From Paramicrosporidium saccamoebae KSL3 (taxonomy: Eukaryota; Fungi; Cryptomycota): a stretch of DNA of 32,000 nt. The notes below the pieces were generated by a model that saw only the letters and a list, made by a program, of their open reading frames with translations, was not told the DNA's origin and did not search any database. This document shows positions 1 to 9,684 of this stretch, in pieces (within the stretch, counting starts at the first letter, position 1; each line of letters opens with the position of its first letter). The stretch covers positions 2,578 to 34,577 of the forward strand of contig MTSL01000046.1 of the NCBI GenBank assembly GCA_002794465.1, written 5' to 3'. Made by a program: the position numbers and the translations under genes.

Positions 1-1379
1 GAAGTGCATGGGGGATTGGGACATTAGGGACGTGCACACAATGTGCTAAATAGTCTATCATTTGATTCAGACCCGGGGCCTTGGGATCAATAATCGACAT
101 TGATTCGGCCAACCAAAGAAGTACCTTTACGTTGGCACCTTGCAGCACATACTCGACTTGTGTAGACAGAATCCTTGCCAGTCGAAGCATGCTGGACGCC
201 AGAGACTCGCTCCAAAATTCATCTCCAACTAGATCCAGCACAAAAGAAGCCAAACTTTGTAATAGTTCGCCGAGATTGGAAAAACTCAATGCTTCCCAAG
301 AATGAACTCGTGGATCCACCCCCTTTTCGTACTGCTGGACACCACTATCGTTAGAATTGCCGCCGGACCTCTGCAAATCAGCTGCTCTCTGGAGAGCATC
401 CTTACAAACACCCTCAACCGGTAGTGTTGCAAAAATTTCCATTAATTTAGTTACGAGCTCCTTGATCGTCATACGATTATCAGATGAATTCTGTTCTCGG
501 CCCCGCAGACGTCTAGATCGTGTCGAGACTTGCGAATAGTCCTGGATGTTGTTGATGCTTCCAGCTTGCGACAGCATTAGGGTTGAATCGTCTATTAACT
601 CTGCTTCCTCCACAACCATTGGGGAGGGAATGTTGTTTTGGAGGAACAATAATTCCACTGGCGTCACAAGTCCGGCCTTGTAATCTTCTCCGTGAGAATT
701 GATGCGACGTTTGGGCACCAATTCAAGGGCGTCCTCTGCAGCAGCACAAATTTTGTCAATGGTGTCGCCGAGTCTGGCTCCATCATCAAGTTCAATCTGG
801 ATTTTTACCGCACGTTTTGGCTCCGTCTTGAGAGCGTCTGTATAGTCCATAGTATTGGGGATTTGCATCGGATTCTCAGTCCTTCCAATGGCCCTGCCCA
901 GTCCATCGAGCTCCAACTTTCGTTTCCTGTCAAATGGCACCAGCTCTGTATATTTCTTCAGCGCCAGCCTCTTTGCCACCAACTCTCGATACCCTCCATT
1001 CAGGGAATCTGCCAAATTGGCCCAGAACAGCGCCTCGTTGGGGAACCACTCGACCGTCTCTAGGGACAATCCTACCAGTCCGGTGGGCTCAACCTTTCTC
1101 CCCACGTCATATGCAAGAGCTAGACAGCTACGCTGTAACTCTCGAAGAGAGGGCTGGACGGCGAGGCCAGCGGAAAAAAGCTCGCCATCGAGGAGAGACG
1201 ACAATCGTTTCCAGGCCGAGTCAATGTCTGTTCTGCATGTTTCCAAGACTTGCTCAAACTCTGTCCGTAATTCGGCATACTATGAGGATGAACGCAGCCA
1301 TCCGCTGCGGTACCTGAATGCGTTGCTGCAAAGCGACTTGTGAATCGCCAGAATCTGTATTCAATGCAAAAAAAGACAT
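1..1379 (-). CDS. HIR3/Cabin1-like histone chaperone complex subunit (5' part; runs off window start)
   Basis: Exon 1 is 1379-1314 (MSFFALNTDSGDSQVALQQRIQ), followed by a 34-bp GT-AG intron at 1313-1280. The frame is then open from 1279 to position 1 (YAELRTEFEQVL...RSRRLRGREQNSS...) and is missing from the ORF track. The N-terminal MSFFALN and the RSRRLRGRE segment recall yeast Hir3 (MSMFNALN; RSSKRFKERE) from memory. Confidence 0.5.
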
Positions 1380-1620
1380 TTTTGTTATTTTTCGTTTCGA
1401 TAGTTTAATTAGAATCAAGGTGGGGAGAGAAAATATTAAAGAGTCAATATGTGGGTACCACGCCGGTGAGCCCATAACAACTGGTAATGAATCATTTCTT
1501 GTCGCCCACTTATATTGACACTGTGACCGCGCCCCCACCACGCAACAATATTAAGCGAGAGCTGTTTTCAGGGCAAACTCTTTGATCCGATCATGCTACA
1601 AGTAGAGACTCTCGTCCCTT

Positions 1621-1784
1621 TGTCGCGTAGTGGGGATAAATAGTATGGACTGTCAGACGGGAAGGGGGGTTTGTTCACTGCTAATCCTATAATAGTATGG
1701 ATACACATCTCACTGTCCTCAAATACCCAGCAACTAATCAACCCTCTACGTCACATAGCCAACTAATCAGTCTTCTATGTCACA
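1621..1784 (+). mobile_element. 164-bp non-autonomous element, copy 1 (solo LTR or Ginger-type MITE)
   Basis: Starts TGTCGCGTAG and ends CTATGTCACA. Flanked by a 4-bp direct repeat CCTT (1617-1620 and 1785-1788). Differs from the reverse complement of 12304-12467 at 13 of 164 positions, with no gaps. Confidence 0.85.
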
Positions 1785-1939
1785 CCTTGGACGCGAACCA
1801 GCTCACCACATAACGGCTCGATTTTGAAAACAACCGCAAAACTTAATTGGGCGCCTTTCCTTTTAATTGGGTGGGTATATAATAGCTACGGGCCAGGGAT
1901 AATACGCTTTTCATATAGGCCTGAACGCGTCCGGCATGA

Positions 1940-2860
1940 CGGGGCTACATTGGCGTTATCCTAAAGATACTTGAGTAGGGATGGGCAACCACTGATTATA
2001 TTCAGATCAATTTACAAACTTGGTGGGGATTACTTGATGGTCTCTAGATGCCCTGAAGTGGCGGCAATATGCACCGAAAGTTTTGCCGGGCATTGCATTT
2101 TCTTATTATTGTGCAGCAATTTTAAGCATCAAGACTGCACAAGTTTGTAGAGTACTGCCAGGCTCACCATGATTATATCTGAAATTGAGATTTTCCTTGA
2201 GTCTTTCTTGCAGCAATGACAAGAATTTTAGCCTGGCGAGTCATTCTGTACATTGGTATGAGTTGCCAGTAGGCCGTTCTGTCTTTTTAAACAGAGTTTT
2301 GGGGTATGGCTGTAGACGGTATGGAAGAGACGTGCAAGCTCCTCAGTAGACGTAACTGTATGAGAGGCGGTATAAGCGGTGCCTGATCTAAGCTTATAAT
2401 ATCAATGATTTGATCAATGATGCGTGTGTATGCATATTTAAGCATCACGTCTACACTCGCTGTAACCGCCTCTGCCATGCCAGATTTGGGGACAACGACC
2501 TCATTAACTGTGCCAAACTTGACCAAGCTGCTGCGCAATCGCTTTTTGGGGGAGACTCTTGAAGAGCAATGCGTCACCTTTCGACACGTTGATTTACATG
2601 CAGGAATCCTCTACTATCCGCCCTACCTGAGAGCTAGTTTTACTAATTAGGGGCCGCCATTTACAGGTCGCGATCTTTATCTGACCATTCGTTTGAACGA
2701 GGTCAATTGTACTTTTGAAGTAGCTGGTTGGCCCATCGCAGGCCAGATGGAAGTAGTCTTTCTAGCCCTCAGCTTTTTGGAGATAAGGCTAAGAAATCGC
2801 ATTGTCCAAGTTCGGATCAGCAATTGCACCATGTAAAATAATTCGATGATGCAGTCGCTG
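1940..2860 (-). pseudogene. Possible decayed ankyrin-repeat gene
   Basis: Minus-strand fragments GKT(frameshift)VHIAATSGHLETIK* (~2085-2025), LKYL*DNANV (~1975-1945), HLACDG (~2750) and ILHGAIADPN (~2840) resemble the ankyrin consensus GxTPLHxAAxxGHLEIVKxL. They are broken by stops and frameshifts. Confidence 0.35.
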
Positions 2861-3327
2861 ATCCGAGTTTAGACATGTATATGAGCTATAGAATAACAAA
2901 GTGATTTGTAGGTTTATTGTTGAAAATATATGGATGGAGTGGATAAATTTGCACAGGCTTGGTCGTTAGCGGCTAATCAAAAAGATCAGTCCAATTTTAA
3001 CAAAGACCCAGTCAGAGATCCTACTACTCTGCGGTAATTCTATTGGTCCTCCCTTGCTCACAAGTCTTGTGCATTCCATGCTTTTATTCACTGTACAGCA
3101 TAGCTTGATACTCGTCAATTATTTGTGGTAAATATTGTCTTACAATATATGCCTGTCAGAGTCTCATTATCACTAAAAGTCACATAACCACCGCCATGAC
3201 CACTACCACCGCCGCTATTAATCCAAAGTCCCACTATGGCTAAAAATAGAAACAATGGAATCGATAACTATAGTTGGCAGCTGATTGGTGATTCTGTCTG
3301 TCAGTCACGATCACGCAGAAGGACGAC

Positions 3328-4902
3328 ATGTATTCGCCAAACCTTAGCCCAGGAGCAGCTAGTACTGATGGATTATTGCATAGCCATTACCCGTCAATGG
3401 CAAACATTAGAATGCCAAAAATGCTTCCTTTCCGAATGATTGCCAGAGCTTTAGTGGGGGCCCTAGTATTCGGTTCAGTGATCTATCTCCTGGCGGCAGT
3501 TGTTAGCCAAGGCGAATTCAGTGAATTGGAGACCTTTTCCGCCATCACGCCAAACCTCACTGAAATTCCAAATATCGAAGATCACGCGCTCAAGTCGTAC
3601 GCCTCGTCGAGGCTCTCTGAGATGCTGGCCACCAGTGATTTTGTGGAATTTGCTCGCCGACTGCGTTTTTTCGGAGAAATATTCGATAGCTATGAAATGA
3701 CGTATCCTGAACATGTCGCCAAATATTCTGCGGCACTTGCGGAACGAAATGGAGCCATCGAAAAACTCGCACTATTAGGCAAGGAGCCTATCCCGGAAGA
3801 GCTGCAGCGGGCGGCCACTCGAGAGATTTTTCCATATCCTGCTAGCTCAGTGCTCTGGGATCTTGAGCGCGAAATATTCCCTTGGGCCCATCATCGCTTC
3901 AGCTCGCTCCTAGAAATGAAGGCTAGCTTTAGTGGTCGTGGTATTGTCATTCCAACGGGCAGCCATCATTTACGCTTTGCTATCCATTTAATCAAACACA
4001 TTCGCTTGCTAAAATGCTCGCTACCTATCATTGTGGCTTATTCGGGAGATGGCGACCTCAAAAAGGAAGAAATTGACTACTTACGACACATGGGAGTTGG
4101 TACTATGGACGTTGCCGAGATTTTCAATACGGCGTCGCTTTCGCTTCATGGATGGGAAATTAAGCCATTTGCTCTTTTGGCTGCGCCCTTTGAGGAGGTC
4201 ATCTTGGCAGATGCTGACATTGTCTTTCTCCAGAACCCCGCTGTAATGCTAGATGACCTGGACTATCAAAAACATGGTGCAATCATTTTCCATGATCGCA
4301 CTTTATTTGCCGGTGACCAAGGAAAAACGGATTGGCTTAATCGAAATTTGCCCCATCCGCTGAGTAGAAGAGTCTTGGAGAGCCGAATGTACTTGAAAAA
4401 ATCTGCGCACGAACAGGAGAGCGGCGTGGTTGTATGGAACAAGAAGACTCGATTATTAGGGCTCCTCGCAGCATGCAAAATGAATGTAAAGGCAGAGAGA
4501 GACGAGGTGACATACAAGGTGTTTTATGGAGACAAGGAATCATTTTGGCTTGGACTGGAAATGGCTGCCCAGAGCTACACGCATCTACAGCCGGTTCCAG
4601 GTGTTATTGGTGACTCGCGGTATGATAGAAAGAAAGATCAGCTGGTCGCTTGTGGAAGAATTCTTCAGTTTGACCGACAAGCTTGGCCTCTCTGGTTTAA
4701 CGGTGCAATTGTACTGGATAAACGAAGCAGAGCTGGATCTCTGAAAATTATGAATTTCACTCATTTTGCACGCGAAGGAAGTTGGGACTTTGGCACCTCT
4801 TGTCTGGATGTTGATGTTACACCTATTAATGGAACCCTCAAAGCAATGATTGATGAAATTGCCGCTCTCTGGATTCCGAACCTTGATTACACCAAGATAT
4901 AG
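3328..4902 (+). CDS. Alpha-mannosyltransferase, GT71 (MNN1/MNN2-like), paralog 1
   Basis: 524-aa intronless ORF with an N-terminal type II TM anchor. Motifs: RGIVIPTG, GWEIKPFALL, DxD motif LADADIVF, HEQESGVVV, YGDKESFWLG. The true start may be a downstream ATG. Confidence 0.9.
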   Translation: MYSPNLSPGAASTDGLLHSHYPSMANIRMPKMLPFRMIARALVGALVFGSVIYLLAAVVSQGEFSELETFSAITPNLTEIPNIEDHALKSYASSRLSEMLATSDFVEFARRLRFFGEIFDSYEMTYPEHVAKYSAALAERNGAIEKLALLGKEPIPEELQRAATREIFPYPASSVLWDLEREIFPWAHHRFSSLLEMKASFSGRGIVIPTGSHHLRFAIHLIKHIRLLKCSLPIIVAYSGDGDLKKEEIDYLRHMGVGTMDVAEIFNTASLSLHGWEIKPFALLAAPFEEVILADADIVFLQNPAVMLDDLDYQKHGAIIFHDRTLFAGDQGKTDWLNRNLPHPLSRRVLESRMYLKKSAHEQESGVVVWNKKTRLLGLLAACKMNVKAERDEVTYKVFYGDKESFWLGLEMAAQSYTHLQPVPGVIGDSRYDRKKDQLVACGRILQFDRQAWPLWFNGAIVLDKRSRAGSLKIMNFTHFAREGSWDFGTSCLDVDVTPINGTLKAMIDEIAALWIPNLDYTKI

Positions 4903-4978
4903 ACTATTGGCTCGCACTTGGTGTTACTAAATATAGTAGTAGAAATAAAGCGATTCGTCAAAGTGGTCCTTCAGTGGC

Positions 4979-5043
4979 TCGTTAAAGCAGTTCGTTAAAG
5001 CGGTTAGCCAAGCGGATTATTCAAGCGACTTGTTAAGGCAATT
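4979..5043. repeat. Degenerate 13-bp tandem repeat x5
   Basis: Units tcgttaaagcagt / tcgttaaagcggt / tagccaagcggat / tattcaagcgact / tgttaaggcaatt lie just upstream of paralog 2. Confidence 0.6.
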
Positions 5044-5064
5044 TGCTAAAATCTCCCGTTGAAC

Positions 5065-6453
5065 ATGGTTACTAAATTTCACAGGCTCCTACTGTCTACG
5101 CTTGTATTCTTGTTATTTGTATGGTCGGCGAAACGGCTTATATTTGGATCTCAAGACGATCAAGAACAGATAATGACATTTACTTACGTACCTCGAAACC
5201 GGACTGAAATTCGAACATTGTCGGTTCTTGAGAGTCTTGGTTTGGCAAACTATGCACTCCCCAAGATACTGGATGACTTGAACCCGCAGGATGTTAGGGA
5301 GATTAGTCGAAGGGCGCGGCTGTTTGCGCACATTCATCCAATTCCCACCAGACCTGTTACCGGTGAGCTCGGTTCCGTTCTTGAAAAGAATCTTTATGGC
5401 TATGTTCTGGACAAGTACGGATCAGTAACGGCCTTGGCACGAAGCTTCATTGGTGGTGGGCGAGGCGTAGTAATTACCACAGGGAATTTGTACTTTCAAT
5501 TTGCTGTTCATCTAATACGATCCTTGAGGATGCTTAATTGCGATCTACCCGTCGAAATATGGTACAACGGAGCCAAAGACTTGAACACGACCAACACTGA
5601 CTTTATCAAAAACTTTCACCAGGTCAAGGTCAAGAACATTCGAGATCACTTTTCGGTAAAAATGGAGACTTGGGACATTAAGCCATTCGCAGTCATTGCC
5701 AGTGCGTTTGAAGAGGTGCTATTGTTAGATGCTGACACTGTATTTGCGCAGAATCCCGAAGTACTCTTTAATGACGAGGGCTACATTAAGAATGGTGCCT
5801 TGTTCTTCAATGATCGGTCCCTATTTCCGGGTCAGGGAGAAAAATCAAACTGGATCCTCTCCATGTTTCCTGAGCCTCACAGCATACGGCTGCAGAATTT
5901 ACGAATGCTCCAAGCCAAAAGCCAGTATGAGCTTGAGGCCGGGTGTCTTTTACTTGACAAGAGACGCCATTTCCATGGCTTACTTGCCGTCGGCTGGCTC
6001 AATTGCCCGGGACCCATCAAAGACACTATTCGGGAGGAGACTCATGGAGAGAAGGAAACTTTTTGGATTGGTCTTGAGATGCTTGACGAGTCTTACTCTT
6101 TTATGCCAAATCTCCCTGGATCCTTGGGGACAGTGACCTATAATGAGGGCGATCGTGTCGAAGAGTTGTGTGGCAAGCTGGCGCATTTTGGACGCGATGG
6201 AAAATTGCTGTGGTTCAATGATGCCATTGCGGCCAGCAAATTGCCAGAGGACTACTTCCTTAACGTCTTGTCAGATTTAACGCACTATGCCCTAGAAAGG
6301 GAGGGCGAGTGGGAAGCATTATGTTTACGAAAAGGACCGTTTCACAAGCTGGACGAGGACCAGCTCAAGATGATCGAAAAGCTAAAATCCCTCTATCGCT
6401 TTAATCCCATTGAAAGAACTCTAAAACCACCGGTTGAAGATTTTGAACAATAA
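5065..6453 (+). CDS. Alpha-mannosyltransferase, GT71, paralog 2
   Basis: ATG at 5065 (the ORF track starts at TTG 5059). TM anchor followed by RGVVITTG, TWDIKPFAVI, LLDADTVF, YELEAGCLL and HGEKETFWIG. Confidence 0.9.
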   Translation: MVTKFHRLLLSTLVFLLFVWSAKRLIFGSQDDQEQIMTFTYVPRNRTEIRTLSVLESLGLANYALPKILDDLNPQDVREISRRARLFAHIHPIPTRPVTGELGSVLEKNLYGYVLDKYGSVTALARSFIGGGRGVVITTGNLYFQFAVHLIRSLRMLNCDLPVEIWYNGAKDLNTTNTDFIKNFHQVKVKNIRDHFSVKMETWDIKPFAVIASAFEEVLLLDADTVFAQNPEVLFNDEGYIKNGALFFNDRSLFPGQGEKSNWILSMFPEPHSIRLQNLRMLQAKSQYELEAGCLLLDKRRHFHGLLAVGWLNCPGPIKDTIREETHGEKETFWIGLEMLDESYSFMPNLPGSLGTVTYNEGDRVEELCGKLAHFGRDGKLLWFNDAIAASKLPEDYFLNVLSDLTHYALEREGEWEALCLRKGPFHKLDEDQLKMIEKLKSLYRFNPIERTLKPPVEDFEQ

Positions 6454-6545
6454 ATATGTTGCCATTTTACGAGTTGTGAGTTGTGAGGTGGAATCGGATA
6501 AATCGAATCGCGAGTTGGAATCTAACAGATTGAGGGGTCTTGAAT

Positions 6546-6716
6546 AGCCAATACTCCCTGCCGTTTAAGGACTAGACTCTAACAGGTTGGAAACCTTGAA
6601 CAATTAGAAATTAACATAAAGAGACCTTAGCCAGCCAATACTCCTTGCTATTATAGCTAGATCAGGGGCTCCAATAAAACAAGTCCTCGCGGCCGTCGGG
6701 GGCTCGACTAGCCAAT
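6546..6716 (+). promoter_or_regulatory. Cluster of three AGCCAAT (CCAAT-box-like) motifs
   Basis: AGCCAATACTCC occurs at 6546-6557 and 6633-6644, and AGCCAATCA at 6710. All lie upstream of the paralog 3 ATG (6780). Confidence 0.4.
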
Positions 6717-6779
6717 CAAGCTGTAATCAACCTACCCCCAATCGTCATAATCCTCTGAACGCGGGTAGAAGGCGCCGAG

Positions 6780-8222
6780 ATGAAACTAAAGAGAGATTAT
6801 CGTCTGATTTCTTCCCAATCTGAGAGTTATTCTTCAAGTAGCCTTGGAAATGGTGGCACACTTGCTGTTGGCAAAGTCTTTGTGAAGAGGCTCATATTTC
6901 TGTGTGTGCTCCTTGCCATGATCACCTTGTTTGCAGTATGGCTTATTCCCTTGCTCGGGAAATCTAAGCAGGATGGCAATGTGCAATATGATATTCAGCG
7001 TCGTACGGATTTATTTAGGAAATACTGTACTGAAGAGCCGCTAATCGGGCCACATTGGGACGAGCTTAATTCAGAATTGTCCAAAGAACTGGATGGATCA
7101 ATACTCACAACAGCGCTACACTTTCGTCTATTTAAGCATCTCCATCAAAAATATTTGAAAGAGGAATTGCCACAGGAGCCGGGATTTGACGTTTACCAAA
7201 AGCTGGAGCGCAAGCTGTTTCCCTGGCTAGTACGAGATGGTGACGTCCGTAAGATTGCACCCAAGAACGAAAGAGGCATTGTGATTGCTACGGGTCAGCG
7301 CTACTTTCCCATGGCCGTCCACACCATCAGATCGCTCCGTCTCTGGAACTGCACCCTCCCGGTTGAGATTTTTCATCTTGGAGGAGACGATTTGCATCAA
7401 GAGTCAAGAGACTTTTTAGCGCGCCTTCCCAATGTCTCATTGATCGATGTGGGGACCGTATTCAATATGACTATTCTTGACCTGAAGAGCTGGGACATTA
7501 AGCCCTTTGCTGTCCTCGGGTCATCATTCCGCGAGGTCATACTCGTGGATGCCGATGTCGTATTCACAGAAAATCCCTCTGTGCTGTTTGATTACGACGA
7601 ATACAAGTCGACCGGGACAGTGTTCTTTCGTGATCGTTTCTTCATTAGTCGGACAGCTGATTATGCCGCCTGGTTTGAAAAAATTATTCCGCATCCACAC
7701 AGTGAGAAGCTTCAGAAAACGCGCATGTATAGAGGGGAGACGAACTATGAGCAAGAATCCGGAGTTGTTGTGATTGACAAAGGAAGAAGACTGATGGGCT
7801 TGCTGGCAACATGTTTATTAAACTGCAAAAAGGAACGAGGAGACATTCACGCAAATACTCATGGCGAAAAAGAGACATTTTGGATCGGATTTGAAATTGC
7901 CGAGGAGCCCTACGAGTATCTGGAGGAGCAGGCTGGAGTCGTGGGGGTGGCAGTTCGGCTTGCACAAACTGGACAAACCATCCTTTGTGGCCACGTTGCC
8001 CATTTCGACAAAACCGGCAAGCTCCTGTGGTTCAATGACGGCATCGTCGAAGACAAGAAAGCGCTAATAATGAATGTTGGCGAGTTTAAACATGTGGAGA
8101 ATAACGGAAACTGGCTAGGAATGTGTCTTGCCGTTAACACTCTTCGCCAGATCCCGGCGGAACAGTCTAAGATGATTGATCGTATGAAAGAATTGTGGGT
8201 GACCAATCCAGCCGTACAGTGA
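6780..8222 (+). CDS. Alpha-mannosyltransferase, GT71, paralog 3
   Basis: 480-aa ORF with a TM anchor, RGIVIATG, SWDIKPFAVL, LVDADVVF, YEQESGVVV and HGEKETFWIG. Confidence 0.9.
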   Translation: MKLKRDYRLISSQSESYSSSSLGNGGTLAVGKVFVKRLIFLCVLLAMITLFAVWLIPLLGKSKQDGNVQYDIQRRTDLFRKYCTEEPLIGPHWDELNSELSKELDGSILTTALHFRLFKHLHQKYLKEELPQEPGFDVYQKLERKLFPWLVRDGDVRKIAPKNERGIVIATGQRYFPMAVHTIRSLRLWNCTLPVEIFHLGGDDLHQESRDFLARLPNVSLIDVGTVFNMTILDLKSWDIKPFAVLGSSFREVILVDADVVFTENPSVLFDYDEYKSTGTVFFRDRFFISRTADYAAWFEKIIPHPHSEKLQKTRMYRGETNYEQESGVVVIDKGRRLMGLLATCLLNCKKERGDIHANTHGEKETFWIGFEIAEEPYEYLEEQAGVVGVAVRLAQTGQTILCGHVAHFDKTGKLLWFNDGIVEDKKALIMNVGEFKHVENNGNWLGMCLAVNTLRQIPAEQSKMIDRMKELWVTNPAVQ

Positions 8223-8338
8223 GGTAACTGAGTGTGGGTGATAAATTGTAAGGTATTCGAGTGTGAGTCGTATATTGTGAGGTATTTGAGTGTGAGCCGC
8301 AAATTGTGAGGTATTCGAGTATGAGCGGTAAATTGAGG
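8221..8338. repeat. 29-bp minisatellite x4 starting at the stop codon of paralog 3
   Basis: Units gaggtaactgagtgtgggtgataaattgt / aaggtattcgagtgtgagtcgtatattgt / gaggtatttgagtgtgagccgcaaattgt / gaggtattcgagtatgagcggtaaatt. Confidence 0.85.
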
Positions 8339-8746
8339 CAAACTTTGTATTAAAATTCAATCAACTATGAATGCCGCTCTGACTTAGGCTACCTCTACAT
8401 ATTGGCGGAACCATTGATGGACCGTTGGATTAACAATAAACGTGTTCCCTTTTTGCTTGGTATCATCTCAATTGTGAGGTAATACATTGACCAGTAGATT
8501 CTTGTTAAGAGTGGTGTAATTATGAAAAAGCAGACGATAGGCCGTTAGACCAATCCCCAGACCCGCTGTGTAACAGTAGGACTAGCCGTCCTCGATACTG
8601 CCTACACATTCATAGAATTCATCGGATTATCGAATCCACCTGATAGTCTCCTATATACCGACTCTTGCATTGAATCACCAGCTCTCGTGCTCGCTATATG
8701 GCTCGTCGGTCGGACACCCTGGTCGGCCAGCGCGTCTCAAAAGTTC

Positions 8747-8790
8747 GTAAGACCCCTCTGACCTTGCCGGGTATTAACCATCTATTGTAG
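8747..8790 (+). other. Putative 5'-UTR intron of RPL9
   Basis: GTAAGA donor, TATTAAC branch-like site and TTGTAG acceptor; 44 bp, ending 7 nt before the RPL9 ATG. Confidence 0.7.
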
Positions 8791-8797
8791 GGCTCCA

Positions 8798-9364
8798 ATG
8801 AAGACCATTCAAACTACTGAGATCATCTCCATTCCCTCTGAAGTCAAGGTTGAACTTGACGGCCGCAAGGTCAAGGTCACTGGACCCCGTGGAACTCTTG
8901 AGCGCAACTTTTCCTTCATCCCGTTGGATATTACCCGCTCTGGAAAGAACCAGCTGAACGTCACTGTTTGGTTTGGAGGCCATAAGCACTTGGCTTGCAT
9001 CCGCACCATCTGTTCCCATATTAAGAACATGATCAAGGGAGTCACCAAGGGATTCCAGTTCAAGATGCGCTCGGCATATGCCCATTTCCCCATCAACGTG
9101 TCGATTGTTGATAACAAAAAGACTATTGAAATCCGCAACTTTGTTGGTGAAAAGATTGTGCGCCGTGTCCCCATGTTGGGTGGTGTCACTGTTGATGTCA
9201 CTGATCAGAAGGACGAGATTGTCCTCCGTGGTGCTGACCTGCAGAACGTCTCCCAGAGTGCCGCTACCATTCAGAACCTCACCAAGGTGAAGAACAAGGA
9301 TATCCGTAAATTCTTGGACGGTATCTACGTCACTGAGCGCTCGACTATTGAAAAGGTGGAGTAA
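8798..9364 (+). CDS. RPL9: 60S ribosomal protein L9 (uL6)
   Basis: 188 aa with the motifs VKVTGPRGTL, KMRSAYAHFPINV, EIRNFVGEK and KNKDIRKFLDGIYV. Confidence 0.98.
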   Translation: MKTIQTTEIISIPSEVKVELDGRKVKVTGPRGTLERNFSFIPLDITRSGKNQLNVTVWFGGHKHLACIRTICSHIKNMIKGVTKGFQFKMRSAYAHFPINVSIVDNKKTIEIRNFVGEKIVRRVPMLGGVTVDVTDQKDEIVLRGADLQNVSQSAATIQNLTKVKNKDIRKFLDGIYVTERSTIEKVE

Positions 9365-9432
9365 ATGTTCGAACCCATGCCAATAAATACACGTTCTATT
9401 CCTAAAATGCTACATTAGGGGGGTAGTGTGAG

Positions 9433-9450
9433 TATATATATATATATATA
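9433..9450. repeat. (TA)9 microsatellite
   Basis: Read directly from the sequence. Confidence 0.9.
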
Positions 9451-9684
9451 TTGAGTGGTGAGAGAGTACATGCACGAATCAGGGACCTTGTTAAACAGTA
9501 TCTACTTATGACTAGCGTCCTGATGTAGACATTCATGCTATCCTACAATCCAACGTGTTAAAGATAAGGGCGTATATATTCTCGCGCAACAAGTCAAAGA
9601 TTCACTAAACTCGTCCGTCCCACAAACTCACATGCCAAATATAAAAGTTGTTTGTCGCCCTTGTTGGTCACTTGTGTTCAGTTG

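Noticed and set aside
81-1343. Plus-strand ORFs 81-305, 357-539, 692-1063, 855-1343 and 934-1317
   Set aside because: They are shadows of the long spliced minus-strand gene at 1-1379.
1611-1620. CTCGTCCCTT flanking copy 1 also occurs inside copy 3 (18180-18189), suggesting nested insertion
   Set aside because: The match is only 10 bp and does not extend on either side.
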